64,000 nucleotides of DNA from Marsupella aquatica (GCA_973895155.1 OZ316893.1:7960963-8024962); one strand, 5' to 3'; shown: positions 25,268-39,800, counted from the first letter of the stretch. Program-made: numbers and translations. The notes: generated from the sequence alone by a model not told the origin.

Positions 25268-26549
25268 TCACCGAATAAATTACGTTCTGTCCACGAGAAC
25301 GCGAATCTGTTCCCACTAAAATTGTTTTTTCCTTTTTCCTCTGGGAGTATAATCTTGGTGGCATGGCCATCATAAATATGAGAATGTCCTCTGTAGAACA
25401 AATGGTCGGGCACATTGTCTGATCAAGCGCCGCAAATTATCATCAAGTCGTATTCTGAGGCAGTCTTCTTGTCTTTAATTAGTTACAAAGCCCAGCATTG
25501 GATGATTTTCGAAGACGCACCAAGGCCCTACTCATCATGAGCCAGGTGAAGGAGGCAAGTTTCCAGAGTCATGGGTATATGAAGGGTTGCCTATGTTGAG
25601 CCAGTCAAATATGTTCCTTCTTGAAGAGGGCGACACTTTACCAGTGGACCGGTTGTAAATTAATAAACGTTGGTTTTTGTCTAGAAACATTAATTAGAAA
25701 AGGTTGGAAGTACAAGTTGGAAGAGGTCTTCCAGCATTAAATTCTTCATGAGAATTTCTTCTAATCAGGTTGTATCATCAAAGCTATTACAATTTTCCAC
25801 CAAGAATGCTGAGGTTTTCAGCCTGAAGATTTTTTTGACGGCAACGTGGACCCAGGAATTACTACTTGGGATACGTCTTGAGTGATCTTGTAATTTTAAA
25901 AATTTGAAACTGCCTAAAAAAGGGGTTCACTTTGAAAGGTTTGGCAAAGGGAAATCGTCTGAGGCGTTGGTTGAGCACTGCATGTGTATGACACAGAATG
26001 CCCTCGTATGATGCCTACGGCCCGTCCGTGTACCGGATGTTTTATTCTGGTAGATCCCGATTATTATGGTCGTTATGACTTTTTCTCATGGCATCAGACG
26101 ATATCATTCAATAAGCTGCGGAGTAAATCTTGGGTGGACAATTGGGTTTCTTCTTGTTTTGATGAGATTTTTCCCTCGTTTTTAGTGCAAGCTTTTGAAG
26201 ATCAGGGCACGGGCGTTAGCCTGGTTTGCACTTTCATTTGCGCCAGTCTTGCTATGAAATCATTCCTTTTCAGCCTTGTTGCTGTCTCCAGGTGTTTTCT
26301 TGTTTGGTTGACGAGGTTGCATTGGAAGACAAACTGGCAGCTGAACGTAGCTCTTAACTAGTGTTACATATTTGCATCCCCACCAAGAATCCATGAAAGT
26401 AACTGAGTGATATTTAAAGCACGCCGGAGTCGCGACCACGGCCATTTTTGCTGAAAAATGAGGACATTGTAAATATTCGTAGCGCTTGCTAGGTTTTTCC
26501 TTCGAGTGGACAGTTTTTGCCAGTTAGAACATACTCTTGAAATTGCATT

Positions 26550-28710
26550 GCAGTGGTTTTGAAATCAACACTAATTGAAAAGCCATGACTGGGCAAGGAT
26601 TTCAGACTGAGCTTTAAAGAAGGAAGTGATGTACTTGAGCTCAGTAGTGCTAAGTCTGATATGACAAGTGTTGTCCAAGCCCATGAACTCTGGCAATGAT
26701 CTTCTGGCAGTCTTAAGTCTGCTATGATCAGTGTTGTCCAAGCCCATGAACTCTGGCAAAGATCTTCTGGCAGTAACGAGATCTTTGCACCCGGAGTTAT
26801 CCAGACTTTGTGCCCGGAGTTGTCCTGGAAGTTTCAGATGGGATAGGGGAAGAGAGCAATTCCCAATGTCCACGTAGACAAGGCAGGTCGTGTGATGTAT
26901 TTGAAAGGTGATAAGTTTTCTCCACAAGAAAACCTGAGAAAAGGTAGGTTGGTAGCTATGGGCTTACTCTCCTCTCTAGCGTCTCTTGTCACTAATCTCA
27001 ATTGACGCAGTCTTGTGTCTGCAGACTGCAACAAAGTGGGTCAACTCAAAGACAATCTTCTCTGTGTTCAACAGTGGCGACTTCCTCAAATTCGGCTTCT
27101 GTACTTCAATTCGAAAGGAAGGTGCGTCAGTCCGGCCTCATAGAATTTTGAAATCTAAGCTGACTTTCTGGGGGACCACATTGTACCCGTTATTAGTCCC
27201 CGGGGGGCAATCACCAGCGAAACACCATTTGTATTGCCCACTGGAGATTCCATGAATCAAGAAAGCTACGATTTGAACATTTCGTTTTCTGTGCAATGGA
27301 TGTTTGTGGTTTGTGTCCAGACACGTCACACGCACACATCACACTCGTGCCCTCATGTATATGCAGTCCGGAACCTTGGTCCAGGACCAGAGGCCTATCT
27401 TCTGTGGATGAGGATGTAATGACTAATGCGGACAGATAGTCATTCACACAGTTGGTCTCCATTCCTTACGCGTTGATTAACGATAGTAGGCACATCGTTA
27501 CCATTCTCAGCTGCCATCCATTACCTTAAAGCGGGAGGGCCTGTGTCAAGTTTGACATTCGCTGTGTGACGATGAGCTTTGAGTACGCTTATGATTTCGT
27601 CTTCGAAAAAGCTGGTTGAATTAGTCACGCGTGACATGGTCTGAAGAATAGTTTGTTGAATTGGAATTTCTGGTTCGGAGTCTTAGTGAGATGGCCCCAC
27701 CCGTGATGTCATGTCCTCGACAAAGCGCTACACGCTCGAATGTCCTTTGCTTCAACGCGAAGCTCAACACAAATTGGAACTGAGGTCAAGCGCCCAGAAA
27801 GGGTGCTACCATAAGGAGGCTCACAGTTCCAGCGAATCACTCGACAACTCAATTGAATCAGACAACTTTTACATATCTTTTGACTATCTGTTGTCAATGG
27901 CTCTGAAGGCTATTCGATTGACTCAACTCTGATTTCTGATCGGGGTGAGCAGTTCCTGAAAAACTTATTTATCATAACCCCGACACTCTCCCCGTTTCCA
28001 TTTAGGTGGTAAGATATATACCTCAAGGCTCTCATCGACCAAGGACTTTGGTGCACCTGGGATTTGTGCAAAAGCTTGAATTCTTAACTTCACTTGTTGT
28101 ATTGAAGATTACTATTGTTGTGCTGCAATTGTTAAGGCAACTAGTGTTGAGCAAACTCTTCGGTTGTCTGGATCGGTACACCATAGATGACATTCAAAAA
28201 TGTGAGTTATCTGCAGGTTGGGCGTAAGGTAGGTAGCATTGGAAAACCTTGACCCACATGTCTTCTCCTTCTCTGCACCATGGACAGCGTGCGAATACTG
28301 ACAGCATCGCATTGAATGGCGGGGCCCAACTCGCAGGGAGAATCATTAATGAAGCAATCTTGAAAAAATAAAATATATATATATCATGAAATGAATCCCA
28401 AGGCAATGAATACTGAAGCAACACCGGTTCACAGAAATCAGTATCTTAATTCAAAGCTCGAAAGCAATCATCAGATCATGAGGAGAATATTGTACTTTTT
28501 CCCAGTCTTGAGGGCTCAGGACCTTTTGCGGCTGTTCTGACCAGTTCTCGACCATTCCTAGCTGCTGAACTGCACAACATTTAAAAGGGAACGTATGATT
28601 CAGAAGGTCAAAAAGGGCCCTGACTACCCAATAGTTGCGCCATGCAAAAAAGGCAAATGATTGAAACAGGATTATTGTATGGAAATGCGACAGATGTCTG
28701 AACACTGAGA
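26550..28710 (-). pseudogene. Possible decayed NLR/LRR-like gene fragments, including a 63-bp tandem duplication (~26650-26775)
   Basis: Broken minus-strand frames with Leu-rich repeats (LRQLRL, SLPEFMGL twice) and an HDL motif. Family assignment is weak. Confidence 0.25.
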
Positions 28711-29866
28711 AACCCCACTACATCCCAACCCCAACCCGTCCCACAATTTGTCATAAAATAAATTTCAACGACACGTTGTGGGGAGATTATTTATCTTTCG
28801 ATCTGAAAGGAGAGCCAGGATAATCTCACATACTCATGATAGACACATCCAAACATTAAATTATATATTCTAATAGTGATATTATCTATGTATTTTTTTT
28901 ACTTCGAGCACGTTACACCATGGTTTAAGGGTTCCAATTGAGTCTCCAGAACAAGCTTTTGTATGTAGTGGGGTTTTTCATTGTGTAGACTTCCTGAGGC
29001 CTCTGTTAGAAAACGAATCATAAGCAATTGGAATATTGTTTCCCTATTCTTGGTTTATGAAAATTACAGTTAAGTCTCACGCTCTAGGGAAGACGGATCC
29101 AGTGTGCAATATTTAACCAGACGAGTTTGCATTCCTTGATAAGTGCAAGCCCCAGAAATCTGTACATATCAGTAAGCGCCCTCCACCGGGAGAAGTCTCA
29201 GACTCATAACACAAATAGTAGATTCCTGCCCTGAATTCAATGTCCAACTCTGTAAGTGCAGTTTTACTCTATTCAGAAATGTTGTGCACTTAGCAATAAA
29301 TGCAATCTAATGGGATTGTGTGCTTATTGATAAGTGCATACCCTTTCTTAGTAGAGTACAAAATGCACTTACCAAGATTTTTTGCATTTATAAAGTTGTT
29401 GTTTAGCAAACTTATATGAGGCCATTCTGCACTTAAATTTTTTTTTTTTTTAAAAGTGCAAACTCCACCTAAAATGAAAGGGAAGAACAAGAGCCTTGCA
29501 CTTAGCCCTGTTATCAGTTATGGAGTTTGTACTTAGCGAGAGCCAGCTGTTTTGAGCATGGAATTGAGCAAGTTCACATAATAATTGAATAGTACCATGT
29601 CGCATGCATCTTGAAAATTTCTTTACAATGCCAAACAAGCTCGGTACCAAATTTTTTCCTTACCATGGTTTTGTCATTCATCTATTTTTTTAGGCATTTA
29701 CTCTTAGTCTGGGGTTACAACTATGACCCTAGTTAGGGCTTAACAAAAATGGGCCCTAAAGCTAGAGGTGTTTGTATAGAAAAAGGACCCTAAAGAGGAG
29801 CATATACCAGTAATGACACAAATGTAAAGAAAACCCTATCTGTGACGCAATTGCAAAACCTGCAAC

Positions 29867-30085
29867 CTAGGGGGCCTCACTCTAAAAGGGGTCTCATGAC
29901 ATGCTCAACATTTTTAGTTATTAAACACCCTAAAAAATAAGAAAAAAAGTTGTTTTGAACTATTTTTTACCCCTATCTTTTTGGAATATTCTGAAAATAT
30001 TCACGAAATTTATTCTTAACACCCTATCTTAGTTTTCTTATAATTCTCAAAATTGGATTCTAATATTCTTCTACAGAAATTTAAA
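29867..30085 (-). mobile_element. Diverged, partial relative of the 296-bp MITE
   Basis: Begins CTAGGGGGCCTCACT after CCTGCAAC. Shares TTGGAATATTCT, ACCCTA and TTCTTATAA.TCTCAAAATTG blocks with 46751-47047. Confidence 0.5.
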
Positions 30086-30168
30086 AGTATTATTCTCAAC
30101 CCAATAAACAAACACTATACTTACTTTTGTGTGATAGGTAGAAAGCAAATAAGTGACGACCCCAAACC

Positions 30169-30513
30169 TGTTAGGATTTACTCTTAGGTCTAGAGTTACG
30201 AATGTACCGTAGTTAAGGCTAACCTTAGCCACAGACTTGGTTAGGTTAGTCATGCTGTGCACACTCTATAACCAAGCAGTGTTTGCTTGGAGAGTGGGAA
30301 CTAAGGCTCATTGTTACGGAGCTAGTTGAGAGATAGAGAGAGCTTGCGCTGTGGATGCTTGGTATGGCCGGTCGGCCTAGAGTGAAGTAAAGCTCATGTG
30401 TGTTCCCCTGGACAGAGCCTCATGTGGAGGTGAACCACGTATCTCTTTGTGTCGACTCTTGTGTGTTGGATGGTTCATGGGCTTGCCGTTGCGATTGTCG
30501 TTTATGCTCAACA
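30169..30513 (+). mobile_element. Solo LTR (345 bp)
   Basis: TGTTAG...TCAACA termini with a perfect 5-bp TSD AAACC (30164-30168 and 30514-30518). Related to 63703-64000. Confidence 0.85.
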
Positions 30514-30692
30514 AAACCTACAACACATTTACGGTGTCTATAAAAGTCTACAAATGAATCATTATTGATAATTACTCTGAGTAATTACTGATAAATGCTC
30601 TTGTTCATTCCTATGTATTAGCTACGACTTACTTTTGGTTTGCTTTAGTTAGAGAGCCTGGGAAACTGGTTTGGGTTTTGTCCATGACTTTC

Positions 30693-30986
30693 TGCTAAGG
30701 AATCATATAGGTTAGCAGTATTACCACTCCCCTAGACCAGAGATGAGAACACACGAGAGCTTTATTGCACTCTAGACCCATCGCCCATACCAAGTCTTCA
30801 CAATACAAGATCTCCTTATCTCTCAACTGACTCCATAATAATGAACATGAGTTCTTTTCTATCCAAACAAACACCACCTGGGATATAGTGTGCAACCTAG
30901 TTAAGCTAACCTAGTCTGCGACAAAGGTAAGCCATAACTACAATCATAGTCGTAACCCTAGACTAAGAGTAAATTAATGCCTAACA
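30693..30986 (-). mobile_element. Diverged inverted solo LTR of the same family
   Basis: Reverse complement starts TGTTAGGCATTAATTTACTCTTAGTCTAGGGTTACGA and aligns with 30169 onward. Possible TSD CTTTC/ATTTC. A short related fragment lies at ~29690-29745. Confidence 0.65.
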
Positions 30987-31299
30987 ATTTCCACTTAGGA
31001 AACATTACTCTAAAACATGTTTTCATTTCTGTGCAAATAACATGATAGAATTGTATGAGCCCAAGAATGAGTAGCTTCACTTTAACAACACATTAGCCAG
31101 TCTAAGGAGTCAGAACACTACTATAGATATCTTTCATGTAAGTCTCAAACATTCCAAGTCCAATTCAAAGGCACATTATACATAATTAATTTTATAGTAG
31201 AGACAAAATTTTCTAGATATCAAAACCCTCTATAGTGAGGTGCATTTTCGCTCTGAACACAACGGGGCTTACAATTTGATACCAAAGATCACCGAGGGA

Positions 31300-34200
31300 T
31301 TAAAATCCAAGACTGTCACAACAAAATTTCGCACTCGGCACCCTGACTGGTGGGCCTAGTGATTCAGTAGACCAACTACAAAATTGGTTCCTGACCAGCA
31401 ACACAATCAAGATTTCCACCTCTTCAAAGGCAGAAAGGCGGACGTATTTTAGATTTGACAGATTTCGAAGGCGAGGGAAGAAACTTTTACGTGTCACACA
31501 CATGCACAATCTCCAAATTCGGGATCGGAACAAGGGGAAGGCAGCGCAAAACAGGTGTTTGGAATTTCTTAAACTCCCAAGCTTGAGGGCCTGAAGTCAG
31601 ACTGGGGTCGGTTCAGTCTAGACAAATAATTTCGAGGCTAGACCCGACTTCCGGAATTGCGGGAAGTGTGGGACTACACTACGGCAGTCCCAACCCAGAT
31701 GGCAAGTGCACATTGGGTATGAGCTGGTGGACGAGCTTCCTCTCATTTCGGAGAAGACTTGGGTTTGGTGTTTCGTACGTGTGGTCCCAACTGCTAACAC
31801 TACAGTCCAACTCTAAACACTGTAGTGATTGTCCAACCTTTTGTGCAAATTGGCTATGGCCTATGGGTCAGAACCACGCAAAGATGCGTCGGACATGAAG
31901 GCAAAGTATGAAGCGAATATGAAGGGGAAAGTATCAAGCAGTGTAATACTGAGCCAAACATATATTATATTTCACACTCCCAATAAGGAAAGGCCCTCTC
32001 TTGGGTAGACTCTATCCGACATGCATGAGGCCCAATAAATGAGAGGCAACCAAAGATCGAAAAGGCCTACAGACTTACAGAGGTCTACAGTAGGCAGATG
32101 TACACAACCACAACCCTGAACAAAGGACTTAAAAAGCCTACCTATTGGTGGAGCCCCCGGTACGACGGTCACCCACAAGGATTTGACTAGAAGGTCACCC
32201 AAAGGAATTTGACTGTAGATTCTAAAACCAACTGTATCATCCCTATGATGAGTAGTGAACTAGTGAATGCCTTGTTAGCCCTCCTCCTAAATATATAGAC
32301 ATCCCCTGTCCAACAGAAAGTCATCATGACAGAAACCAGGGATAAGGCTTGCACTCGTGTATGGTGTAAGTAAATAAGAAAGGGTCAAGGATTGGTAGTC
32401 GAACCACAAAGACCTCCAAAGCAATAAGGTGTTAGGATATGATGCTGGGATGTTCTTTGGTGTGTCAATAATGTCATATAAGGCTCTGGTCTCCGTAGAA
32501 AATTTCTTTTTTGCATGGAAAGGGAAATTTTGTTAGGCATGGATATAATTTCCCCTTGTTGGATCTTGCAAAAGGTTTGTTGTATCTATATTACTTGGCA
32601 CTTTTTTTGCCTTCAAAACCAAATGAATTGTCAGCATACATAAACAGGCAAGCCCCAAAAGGCAAAACCCAAGTGTACCGAAGGTCGAGGTGCTACAATC
32701 AGGTGGGTCCGGAACGAGGGGAGAAGCCCGCACCGCCCATGGCTTTCCAGTCCTGGTATGCACTGAAGCAGCTGTAAGTTCCCCATGATGTCCTTCACCA
32801 CCGAAACTATCCCGAAACTCTATCCCCAGGATGAGATGCTGTAAGTACTTCTGCAATCGCACGCCCACGAATTTCCCTGTGGAATAATTTGGCCAAGTTG
32901 TTCTATCTTGGCGCTGAAAAGTGCCGAACAAAGTGGGTAGGAAAAAATGTCGAGGTAATCCTGCATCAAGTCCACTTTCATTTGGAATATTGTGCAATTT
33001 TTATTGATAATATCTTTTGCCTCTAGTTATCGAGCCCTTAATTTATCTCCAGCGCTCTCCCATAGTTTTTAAGCAAATAAATGGCGACTGTGGTGAAGCA
33101 AGTATAGAAAAGGATCGGAGGAGGGCAAGTGAGGGTGTGGGACCCCTGAAACAACTTCTGGAGCAGGTAGATGTGGCCGGTTAATTTGCCAGCCCTCCTC
33201 CCGAGGTTTCTCGTTATCTTCCAAGACCCTGGTGTCTGACAGGAACAGCAGCCTCCGACTCACTGCAATTTGTTGAGCTTGTTTTGCAATTTGGATCCAA
33301 ATCACCAATTCACCTCCAACGACGCTAAACATTTAACTCAACTTTCCTCAGACTTGGCATAATAATTCAGTGTTTTGCAGCTCCGACATTTCCTCATGTG
33401 TGGCATCATCGAGAATTTTGTTTGCAAGGGCGCTGAACTTTTGCGAGCTACAGTATTAAATTTGATTTACAATGTGCCAGTACGTACCACAAGAGAGCCG
33501 CTAAAATTTCGTTGCAACGGAATGCATTACCGGAGTAATAAATCGGATGCAGTGATGTTTTTCTTCTTGGATTAGGACAGCACGAAGGCATCCATTCCTT
33601 GTGACGAGCCCAGAATATATTATTTCGAGTAATGAACCGGATACAGGATTGTTTTTCTTCTTGGATTAGGACATCACGAAGACATCCCATTCCCTCTGAA
33701 GAGCTCAGCATATATTTTTCGTTTGTGGAAAACGTGAAGACCTCAACCGCACAAATTCAAAGGTGAAGCTCTCATCCTCAACCTGCAAGAACCTACCAAA
33801 CCATCCTTCTGTGTACTCTGTAATGACCTTCAAATTACATAACAGTCCACTTGAATGTTACCCAGTCTGCTCTACTACTTCCAGACAACCACTGCATGCT
33901 CGCCTTCAGAATTGTATCAGAATCATGCGAGACATGATGGTCACTTCAGTCGGCAGTTCTCAATTGTTGAACTCAAAGAAACATTTTATAAGACCGTGTA
34001 TCAAAGAATTTTTTAAGAGAGCAACAAGAACGCCACCCTTTCAGGGCTACCACGCAAGACCTGAACCAGCACTTCTCCGACCAACACCCGCAATGCTCTC
34101 CATATATTTTGCACTTGTTCAGGAGCAACATCTGCAGAGAATCACCTTCTTTGCTAAAATTATATGAAGTTCTCTAGTCCTCTAAAGACGGTTACTCACG

Positions 34201-35100
34201 TACCATATGGCTTTGGGCAGGCGGCGGCCTATTATCCTTGTTTTTCTGGCCAAACAAGCAGCGCGTCTTGAAAAGTACGGAGTACATGCAAATCCAACTT
34301 AGATACAAGGGCATCTCAAATCGATTACTCTCACGTGAAGCTCGTTCTGTCCCTACCACCTTTTACTGGGAAACCGAAGTCCTGAACACTGAACCTAGCA
34401 AGAGATAATCATGTTGGCTAGCTAGGTACCCTGTAGAATTGTACATGCGTCCAGCTAGCGACTGATTCAGGTTACGAGCTTTGGTCCAAATCCAGAGACA
34501 CGGTAATCGAGCAAGATATATGTTAAGTTATTGTGGGTAAGTGCATTGTGAAGATTCTGTACCTCTCGGCAGCGAGCTACAGTACTGACTCATCAGGTTC
34601 TAAGTTTTGAGATGGGAGCAACTCCTGAAGCGTCCTTGATAATTATGTGTTTTGATATTCGAAGTTTAGCGGCATCGGAGGATCAAATCACGAAATTGAT
34701 ATCCAATTCGGAGGATCGAAATCCCGAAATTGCTCTGCCCCTCTCTCAGTCTTAGGTTAGTGTTAAAAGTACGTTCTCGGTTTAGGACAGTTCTGGAGTT
34801 CCGGGCTTACAGTAGAAGTTAGAGAGCTTAAACCTTCTTTGTTTTATGAGGGGAAAATTTTGTTCGAAGTGTTCCTATTATCTGACCAAGAATTCCTTTC
34901 CTTCATTTGAACTGGGCGCGGATACTCTCATCAGTCTCTCGGATCTGATCCTAGTACTCTGAAGGACGGCCTCTGCTCGCCCCCGAACAGATTTCGCCGT
35001 ACGCTGCTGCACTTTACTTGAATTGAAAGAATGGGTCCCCCAGAAACAACCCTTGGACCCGAAAACGAGGACAAAAGAAGCTCCAAGCTAGTCACAGCCC
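31300..35100 (-). mobile_element. Possible highly degenerate non-LTR (LINE-like) remnant
   Basis: Coding-like composition with many short broken minus-strand frames. No unambiguous RT motif was recognised. Confidence 0.2.
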
Positions 35101-35859
35101 TCGAGCCAAAAAGGCAAAACCGTCGGTCAGACTTGGGGCCCCACCCACACGTTGGTGTTGTTGGTACTGAAAAACTTCTCCAGGAGTCCAGTCTGTCTGT
35201 CTGTTCGCTCCCTCTTCACAGTCTAATTCCCATAATAATAATCGACTGATGACCTTCGCGGGCATGGAATGGACCGAATGTCACACACCATTTAGGAAAA
35301 TGCCCAGAAATTGTTGCGATGCGGAAGATCGACATAAAATTCGTCCCTACGCATCCCTCCGAACCTCCCACCTATGCATCTCCACGCATCCCTCCGAACC
35401 TCCCACCTATGCATCTCGTGGAGGGATATGCTCAATAGACACCCTTCACGAGAAACTTTACTTGATGAGCCTCTTCCAAACTTTTTTACCCTAATCAGCC
35501 CCCTCATTATGGCCCGTACCCTTTTCTCCCGTGTAAGGCAGTTCCCCTGTGTAAAGGCCATACTGCACAGTTTTCAGCCTTACTGGGTGACTTTCACAGT
35601 ACCCATTCAACCACGCAGTAACCAGACAAAAATTATAGTGACTGTGCTAAGATCCATTACCAACGGGACCTCGTAGTTAGAGGTGAAAATCAGGCCTTGC
35701 ACCTCTGCGCCGCCACTATGAACATTAGGGTTATCTTATGCTAATTAATTAGAATACATTGACATGAGTGTATTCTATTTGTAAAACCAAGTTCCGTGCT
35801 TTAGGTTCAAGGTCTGTCATCTTTTGTGGGGGTTCTAGGTAGGATCGACGTTTTGCGTG

Positions 35860-36410
35860 GTTTTACGGAGGTTTTGTGCAGAGGCTCGTTTACTGTTGAT
35901 GACAGGCCATTTTGCTGATGATCGTGCTAGTTGACGATTGTGGTGGTTGATGATTGTGTTTCTTTCATGGCTTTACGAAGGATTTGGGCAGAGGTGTGGT
36001 TGACTGTTGGCGGCGGGACATTTTGGAGACAATCGTGCTGGTTGACGTTTTTGCTGGGCGTCGTTTACTGCTAGCGGCGGGCCATTTTGCTGTCGATCGT
36101 GCTGGTTGACGATTGTGCTGGTTGATGATCGTGTTTCTTTCGTGGCTTTATGGAGGATTTGGGCAGAGGTGTGGTTGACTGTTAGCGGCGGGACATTTTG
36201 GAGAATTGTGCTGGTTGACGTTTTTGTTGGGCGTCGTTTACTGCTAGTAGTGGGCCATTTTGCTGTCGATCGTGCTGGTTGACGATTGTGCTGGTTGATG
36301 ATCGTGTTTCTTTCGTGGCTTTACGGAGGATTTGGGCAGAGTTATCGTTGACTGTTGGTGGCGGGCCATTTTGGAGATGATCGTGCTGTTGACGATTCTG
36401 CTGGTCGACT
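35860..36410. repeat. ~174-bp tandem repeat (~3 units) inside the MULE
   Basis: GATTTGGGCAGAG recurs at 35981, 36156 and 36329. Internal GCTGGTTGACGAT subrepeats. Confidence 0.85.
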
Positions 36411-36899
36411 TCGCTCAATTCTGGCAAGTTCCATTTCGCTTCAATGATTGTTGTTTTTGGTGGTTTTAGATTGAGATGATCACTTCCGATATTGATTTCC
36501 TGGCAAACTTGTTAAAATCCATCACCTAGATTGAAGTTCTCTTTCTGTTTCAACCTTCTGTTTTCATTTTCCTGCATGATACGAGTGGATGAATGGGTAA
36601 TCAATATGCTTGCTCAGTAGGGAGGATTCTAGCCAGGAGTCCAGGTTTGGAGTACCACGAGGCACAATGCAAGGAACTGGACCATGAAGGGGAGGGGAGG
36701 GGAAGATAATACGAGCTTAGTGGTACGATAATTTGCTTTCTTACATCTAAATTTTCTCAACTTCTCTTGTTGGTTTGGTCTAGCTATCATCAGAATCACC
36801 TCTTGTTGTGCTCTTCTTCATAATAGTGCAGATCATTTGCATCGTCTTGCGTCTTCCGGTTCTGTTGCATAGTTTCAATACTACATGGATAACAATGTA

Positions 36900-39800
36900 G
36901 GGACTGCTTTCATTTGGCAGTTGAATCCTGTCCTTGAATTTGTGAATGAAGTTTCCTCTCAGGATTTTGTGGTTGCCTGCAAGCTCTAGGCAAAGTGGAC
37001 TTCATGACAGGGATTGATCTGCGTCTGACTTGAAGGGGGAGATTCTCGGTCGAAGCACTAGGTATGACTGACTGCATGTCGATGAATGTTGGAGGTGCAT
37101 GTTTTGAATACCATGACATGGATGTTTGCGAGTTCTTCTACTCTCTTTGAATACCATGACATTCGTGTCTTCTAAATTTGCTTATCTGTTGAAGTCGTCG
37201 GCATGAGTGTAGGGACCGCTCTGCTTCCATTAAGGAGTGGAAAGCAATACAGGCTGAAGGTCAAGGTCATAGGCTGGAGAGGTTGGGTTCGATTTTGAGC
37301 CCAACCAAGGTTCATGCTCAGTTTCCATGGCGCCACGAATGAGAAGAATTCGGGTAGCAGAGGAAGAGAATCACTTCTGACATCGTGTCGATGCTGAAGG
37401 CAAGCATGTGTTTGTCTGCATAGCTGGTGATCACAAGCCTCGATCATTTTCTTCCTTTGCTGGTTTCCAGACCCACATGGACGTCACACACAAGTTGGAG
37501 TTGCCACTTGCATTACTGGAGGCGGGCAAACCTTGGTTGTTCTCAAAATCCGACTTCTCCACTCGGATTGCCAAGAAACATAAGGCCCCTGGGCCAAATG
37601 TGAGGAAGGACAACAATCAGGCCTCTTGGAACCGGCTTTGATCCACTGTGCGACTTCGGTGGAGACAGACTAAGTTGCGGAAGAAGACAATGCTAAAGAA
37701 GAAGTATGGTGTTGCTGCAGATGAGCCGCTTGTTCCTGCAAAATCATTGCTTATTCGTGTCATCAAGGAAGTGCACATACATGCAGGGCAGGCTAATGGT
37801 TGGTCATCCTTGTTGGATGACAGTTTGTACGAGATGTTGCAAGACTCTGTGTCAGCTACTGCAATTTCTCCTATTCTGTCTTGCTGGGTTGCTTCAATCC
37901 GAGCTTTGCCGGTACTCCTACCTAGAGATCGTAAGTTGCAGGCACTTCAATTAGATTGTAGTGTCCTGCCATGCATTTTCCCCCGGGCAGATGTGGAGGT
38001 GCAACCTCCCGAGCTGATGCAGTTTGATACAATTCGAGAGGCTCTCATTGCAGATGCCTTGAATTACTTGACTCAGAAAAGAGCGCTTCTGTAGTGGAAG
38101 CATGGGCCCAAAGAAGTGGACTTCAATGCTGCATACCAAGATTACAAGGAGTGGAAAGAAGAGCAAAAGCCTGTCAGCATAGCCACAACCACTAACAATT
38201 TGCTACAGGAATACAAAGGTCGGGGCATGACCACTGAAGCTGCACGAATAGAGGTATGAACTTTTTATTTTACTTCCTGCAATCTTTGCTTGTTGTTTGT
38301 ACATTCCATTCTCATTTTGTCCCAACCATGTGCAGGCTGGACTAAATGAAGAGTGGGAGGACACTTCTGATGATAGTGACTATGAGCCTGGGCCTGAGAA
38401 GTGGGGTCTATTGCTAAATGATGCTGATAAACAGCCAGATGAGCCAGACGTTGTATCTGAACCTGTCCTCAATACTTCAGTTGGGGACCCGCCTCTTGTA
38501 CAAGATCCTATTCAGGTTCCTTCTCATGTTCAGGATGATGAAGACAATGATCATCAGAATCCTTCTCATGTTGAGGATGTTGACCATCTTATTGAGCATC
38601 CTGTTCATGATCCTATTCAGGATCCTATTGACCATCCTGTTCATGATCCTATTGACCATTCTGTTCAGGATCCCATTGACAATCCTATTCAGGATGTTTA
38701 TGAACAAGGAATCAACTTTTCACAACAGTGTGACTTGGTTTCAAGCCTCCAAAATATTCTTCACGCCTATGGAGAGGGAGAGGACGGCTACCCCCTCCAG
38801 GTTAGTCTTTGTTTCTTTGCTTCAATTACTTTTGAAATTTCTTTGCAAATTGTGAATACATGAGCCTCATCGTATTTGGATGCTCCTTCTGTTCATTGCA
38901 GGAAGGAGTAGTATCGGAGACTATCTCGGAGTTCGTAGCACCACCAACCCCTACACCTGAGACTCTACTCCCAGACTTCATAGCGCCAGTTGCAGCAACA
39001 GCACCAGCCCCTATACCGTGTATATTAGTCTCGGAGTCCTTACCACCACTTGCACCAGCACCACCAGCCATTGCACCACATGTACTATTAGAGTCGGTAC
39101 CAGTAGCAGCAGCACAACCACCACCAGCAGCCCCTGCACCACAGATTGTAAGTCTCTAAAGTACAAACTTGGAAGTCATTCAATTGCAATCTAGTCTGAA
39201 TACTTAAACCCCAATGTCTGTTCACTCCCCTAAGCATTCATTTCATATATTGTAGGGACAAAGACGAAGGGGAAGGGGTGTACCACTGGAGTCCCCATCC
39301 CCAGTACAGAAAGCAGCACCATCCCCTCCAATGTCAACAAACCCCTTCCAGGTTTGCCTTTGTATTTTTTGTAAAAACATATGTTTGCAATGCTTTGCAA
39401 TGTCTGAATTCAGCTGCCTCATTGTCTTCGCCGTGCACTGCAATTTCTTCATTCTAGAGACGGAGCGGAAGGACAAGTGGAGGGGTTGTAGCAGTGGAAT
39501 CACCAGCACCAGCCCTCGCACCACGGATTGTAAGTCTCAGAAGTGCTTACTTGGAAGTCGTACAATTGCAATCTAGTCTAAATACTTCAACCCCAATGTC
39601 TTTTCACTCCCAGGTTTGCCTTTGTGTTTTTGGTAAAAACATTTGTTTGCAATGCTTTGCAATGTCTGAATACATCTGCCTCATTGTCTTTGGTGTGCAC
39701 TGCAATGTCTTCATTCTAGAGACCAAGTGGAAGGGCTCCTGGAGGGGTTGTAGCAGTGGAATCACCAGCACCAGCCCTCGCACCACAGATTGTAAGTCTC

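Noticed and set aside
38418-38855. Hydrophobic ILFRILL / NRMVNRI repeat ORFs
   Set aside because: Alternative frames of the 12-nt DPIDH microarray.
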